In this document: piece by piece, positions 43,577 to 45,154 of the stretch
Layout of the letters: the number at the start of each line of letters is the position of its first letter
Numbering within the stretch: the stretch's first letter is position 1
IMG/VR virus record: IMGVR_UViG_3300045988_160052
Origin: a virus
DNA: 45,154 nt
Strand: one strand, 5' to 3'
Notes under the pieces: generated by a model
The model's input: the letters and a program-made list of their open reading frames with translations, nothing else
The model's database searches: none
Told to the model about the DNA's origin: nothing
Translations under genes and position numbers: made by a program

Positions 43577-43846
43577 ATGTCAAGTTATACTAATTATTGC
43601 ATTAAACCAAATTATTTTACAGGTGTTAGTGGTTGGGCAAATTCAAGCACTAACGACCAATGGCTTATAAAAAACAGAGGGAATAATGTTAAATATAATA
43701 CTAGTACTGTTTTATATGATTCAACTCTTCACACAAATAGAGATGAGCCACACGGAGCATTTGTTTCTTTTGTTCCTAAAAACAGCAACTTTTCTGTTGA
43801 CAATGGACGAGGTGATTCAAAATATTTTCAATGTAAGGAGATATAA
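43577..43846 (+). CDS. Hypothetical protein (89 aa) in the fibre cassette
   Basis: GGAGG RBS before ATG 43577. Confidence 0.45.
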   Translation: MSSYTNYCIKPNYFTGVSGWANSSTNDQWLIKNRGNNVKYNTSTVLYDSTLHTNRDEPHGAFVSFVPKNSNFSVDNGRGDSKYFQCKEI

Positions 43847-43848
43847 AA

Positions 43849-44355
43849 ATGTTAATGTTTTCTAAAGTAATAAATGAAGAAACAAAAGAAGTTCAAGTTG
43901 GATTTGGAGATAATAAAGAATATTTTGAATCTCTTGGAATGACTTTGCAAGATGTGGGACAAACAGAAGATGGCAAGTGGTATTTATCAAAATATATCCC
44001 TATGGAAAAATTAAAAGCCCAAAAGCGAGAAGAAATAAACAAAGCTCGTGACGCTGCAGAACAAGGCGGATTTGAGTATTTGGGCAAGACTTTTGACAGC
44101 GACCAAGTAAGCTGTTTGCGTATGACCTCAGCAGCTCAAGCTATGGCTCTTGCTCCAGAAGAAAGTGCGATTGTTTGGACATGCCAAGATAACACAACCA
44201 TAAGTTTGAATAAGGAACAGCTTGTTGGATTAGTGGCATCTTTGGCTCAGCATTCTAATTCTTGCCACCAAAAAGCTACTGCACTCAAGGCAGAAATTGA
44301 CAAAGCAAAAACTGCCGAGGAATTGGAGAAAATCACATGGAGCGATCAAGATTAA
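43849..44355 (+). CDS. DUF4376-domain protein (tail-fibre assembly/chaperone-like)
   Basis: KREEINKARDAAEQGGFEYLGKTFDSDQVSCLRMTSAAQA...LVASLAQHSNSCHQKATALKAEID fits DUF4376. Confidence 0.6.
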   Translation: MLMFSKVINEETKEVQVGFGDNKEYFESLGMTLQDVGQTEDGKWYLSKYIPMEKLKAQKREEINKARDAAEQGGFEYLGKTFDSDQVSCLRMTSAAQAMALAPEESAIVWTCQDNTTISLNKEQLVGLVASLAQHSNSCHQKATALKAEIDKAKTAEELEKITWSDQD

Positions 44356-44714
44356 GTTATCCGGCAATAAACACGCTAGATTTTGCGGTTTATGGCATAA
44401 ATTATGTGACCATGCGAGAATTAGAATATGATGGCATAAAAATTCCTTGTGGATATGTTTTTGACGGCGTAACCGCAAAAGCCCCGTTTACGTTCATATT
44501 CTCCACCAAAGATTTAAGACAAGGTATCAGGGCCAGTTGTTTCCACGACTGGCTTTGTCAACACAAACCAAAATACACAAGAGAATATTCCACAAAGATA
44601 TTGGTTGACATTTGGCGGAAAGACGGCTTAAATGGATACAAAGCATTTATTGTAAAAATCAGCGTGAATTTTTATCAGTTTTTCAAAGGGGGATGGAAAA
44701 ATGAACGATCTTGA
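44337..44714 (+). CDS. DUF1353-domain protein
   Basis: GYVFDGVT...ASCFHDWLC...STKILVDIW fits the FDG...HD...D pattern. Confidence 0.55.
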   Translation: MERSRLSYPAINTLDFAVYGINYVTMRELEYDGIKIPCGYVFDGVTAKAPFTFIFSTKDLRQGIRASCFHDWLCQHKPKYTREYSTKILVDIWRKDGLNGYKAFIVKISVNFYQFFKGGWKNERS

Positions 44715-44892
44715 GAAACTTATTGCACTATCTAAAGTCGTTGCCAAGCCATGGGTTATTGCCACATGGGTATTGGCTATTTTATTAGCATTATCCGTTG
44801 CCGGAAATGTTTATTTGTCGTTGAATGGCGTTGAAGTTACCATGACTGCAAATGACAACGCAGAAAGCACAATAACACAATCTAACGAGTAA
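44701..44892 (+). CDS. Small single-pass membrane protein (63 aa)
   Basis: TM helix PWVIATWVLAILLALSVAGNVYL. Confidence 0.5.
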   Translation: MNDLEKLIALSKVVAKPWVIATWVLAILLALSVAGNVYLSLNGVEVTMTANDNAESTITQSNE

Positions 44893-44897
44893 TATAA

Positions 44898-45154
44898 ATG
44901 AGTGAAATAACGCAGAAGTATAAAGGTGGGGCAAGGAAAATAACGATAAAAAGTGATTATCCAAACGTTAAACTTTCTGTAAAACTTCCTCGTTCATCAA
45001 CAATCAGGATCAAGAGAGATGAATCCAGAAAACAGGGCGATAAAAATTCACATCAAAGAAATGGCTCCAATAGTCGCAATCAAAAAGATAAACGATTACA
45101 AAATTCCGACACCTTACAAGGAGATATTAATTGCACTTGTGAACCGAAAAGAGG
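44898..45154 (+). CDS. Alternative junction-spanning ORF (frame 0; would end at 167 after circularisation), low-complexity. Doubtful beyond its first ~40 codons.
   Basis: ATG 44898 has no SD. The product is K/R/S/N-rich. It overlaps the more protein-like frame that starts at 45019. Confidence 0.25.
   Translation, partial: MSEITQKYKGGARKITIKSDYPNVKLSVKLPRSSTIRIKRDESRKQGDKNSHQRNGSNSRNQKDKRLQNSDTLQGDINCTCEPKR
45019..45154 (+). CDS. 5' part of the junction-spanning small ORF (continues at 56..180 of the window start)
   Basis: ATG 45019 is preceded by GAGAG. MNPENRAIKIHIKEMAPIVAIKKINDYKIPTPYKEIL... continues in frame through the terminal repeat. Confidence 0.5.
   Translation, partial: MNPENRAIKIHIKEMAPIVAIKKINDYKIPTPYKEILIALVNRKE
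45100..45154. repeat. Second copy of the 55-bp terminal repeat
   Basis: Identical to 1..55. Confidence 0.95.

Noticed and set aside
685-44478. All other minus-strand ORFs in the track (60-190 aa).
   Set aside because: Each is embedded antisense in a longer, motif-bearing + strand gene. None has a Shine-Dalgarno sequence or a TTGACA/TATAAT element. The products are low-complexity or Cys/Phe/Ser-rich. The genome otherwise shows strict + strand organisation with translationally coupled genes.
1-45154. Search for CRISPR arrays, a DGR (reverse transcriptase plus template/variable repeat pair in fibre genes), retron, integrase/attP and transposon ends.
   Set aside because: I saw no spaced direct-repeat array, no RT-like ORF (no YxDD motif protein), and no long internal repeats beyond the 55-bp terminal overlap and the ~22-30-nt promoter cassettes. 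I also saw no tyrosine or serine recombinase motifs. Absence judged by eye is not proof.

Overview
The window is a complete, circularly closed dsDNA tailed-phage genome. Bases 1..55 are identical to 45100..45154, so the unique length is about 45,099 bp. All credible genes (about 85) are on the + strand. Minus-strand ORFs in the track look like shadow ORFs. Gene order is: giant fibre (308..3679); short fibre; ParB-domain DNA methyltransferase; lysis cassette; early recombination module (RecE-like exonuclease, RecT, DUF1351-like); small early genes; VRR-NUC nuclease; replication-organizer-like gene with internal 10-bp iterons; long C5-cytosine methyltransferase; DnaA-domain-IV-like protein; GapR-like protein; an operon with a Zn-ribbon ORF, XRE HTH, second amino-methyltransferase, truncated SAM synthetase and GNAT; small and large terminase; portal; MuF-like protein; a 3-kb accessory cassette of 11 small genes; protease/scaffold; capsid; connectors; three N-terminally related small paralogs; sheath; tube; chaperone with a -1 frame extension; tape measure; baseplate; and a tail-fibre cassette with an AT-rich, CpG-poor mosaic insert. 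The lysis cassette holds a holin, a GH24 endolysin, a polytopic membrane protein and overlapping Rz/Rz1-type spanins, which points to a diderm host. Transcription units are separated by intrinsic terminators followed by reiterated TTGACA-N15-TATAAT promoter/5'UTR cassettes. I found no tRNA, rRNA, CRISPR array, integrase, transposase, reverse transcriptase, DNA polymerase, helicase or primase. Protein-family calls rest on motifs read by eye, not on searches. The most interesting candidates are listed below.
- A methylation system with its own SAM supply: three MTases plus a phage MetK, in a CCGG-rich genome.
- A possibly multispecific C5 MTase.
- A lambda-O-style origin inside a gene.
- The MRDFSK paralog triplet.
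- The accessory cassette that splits the head module.
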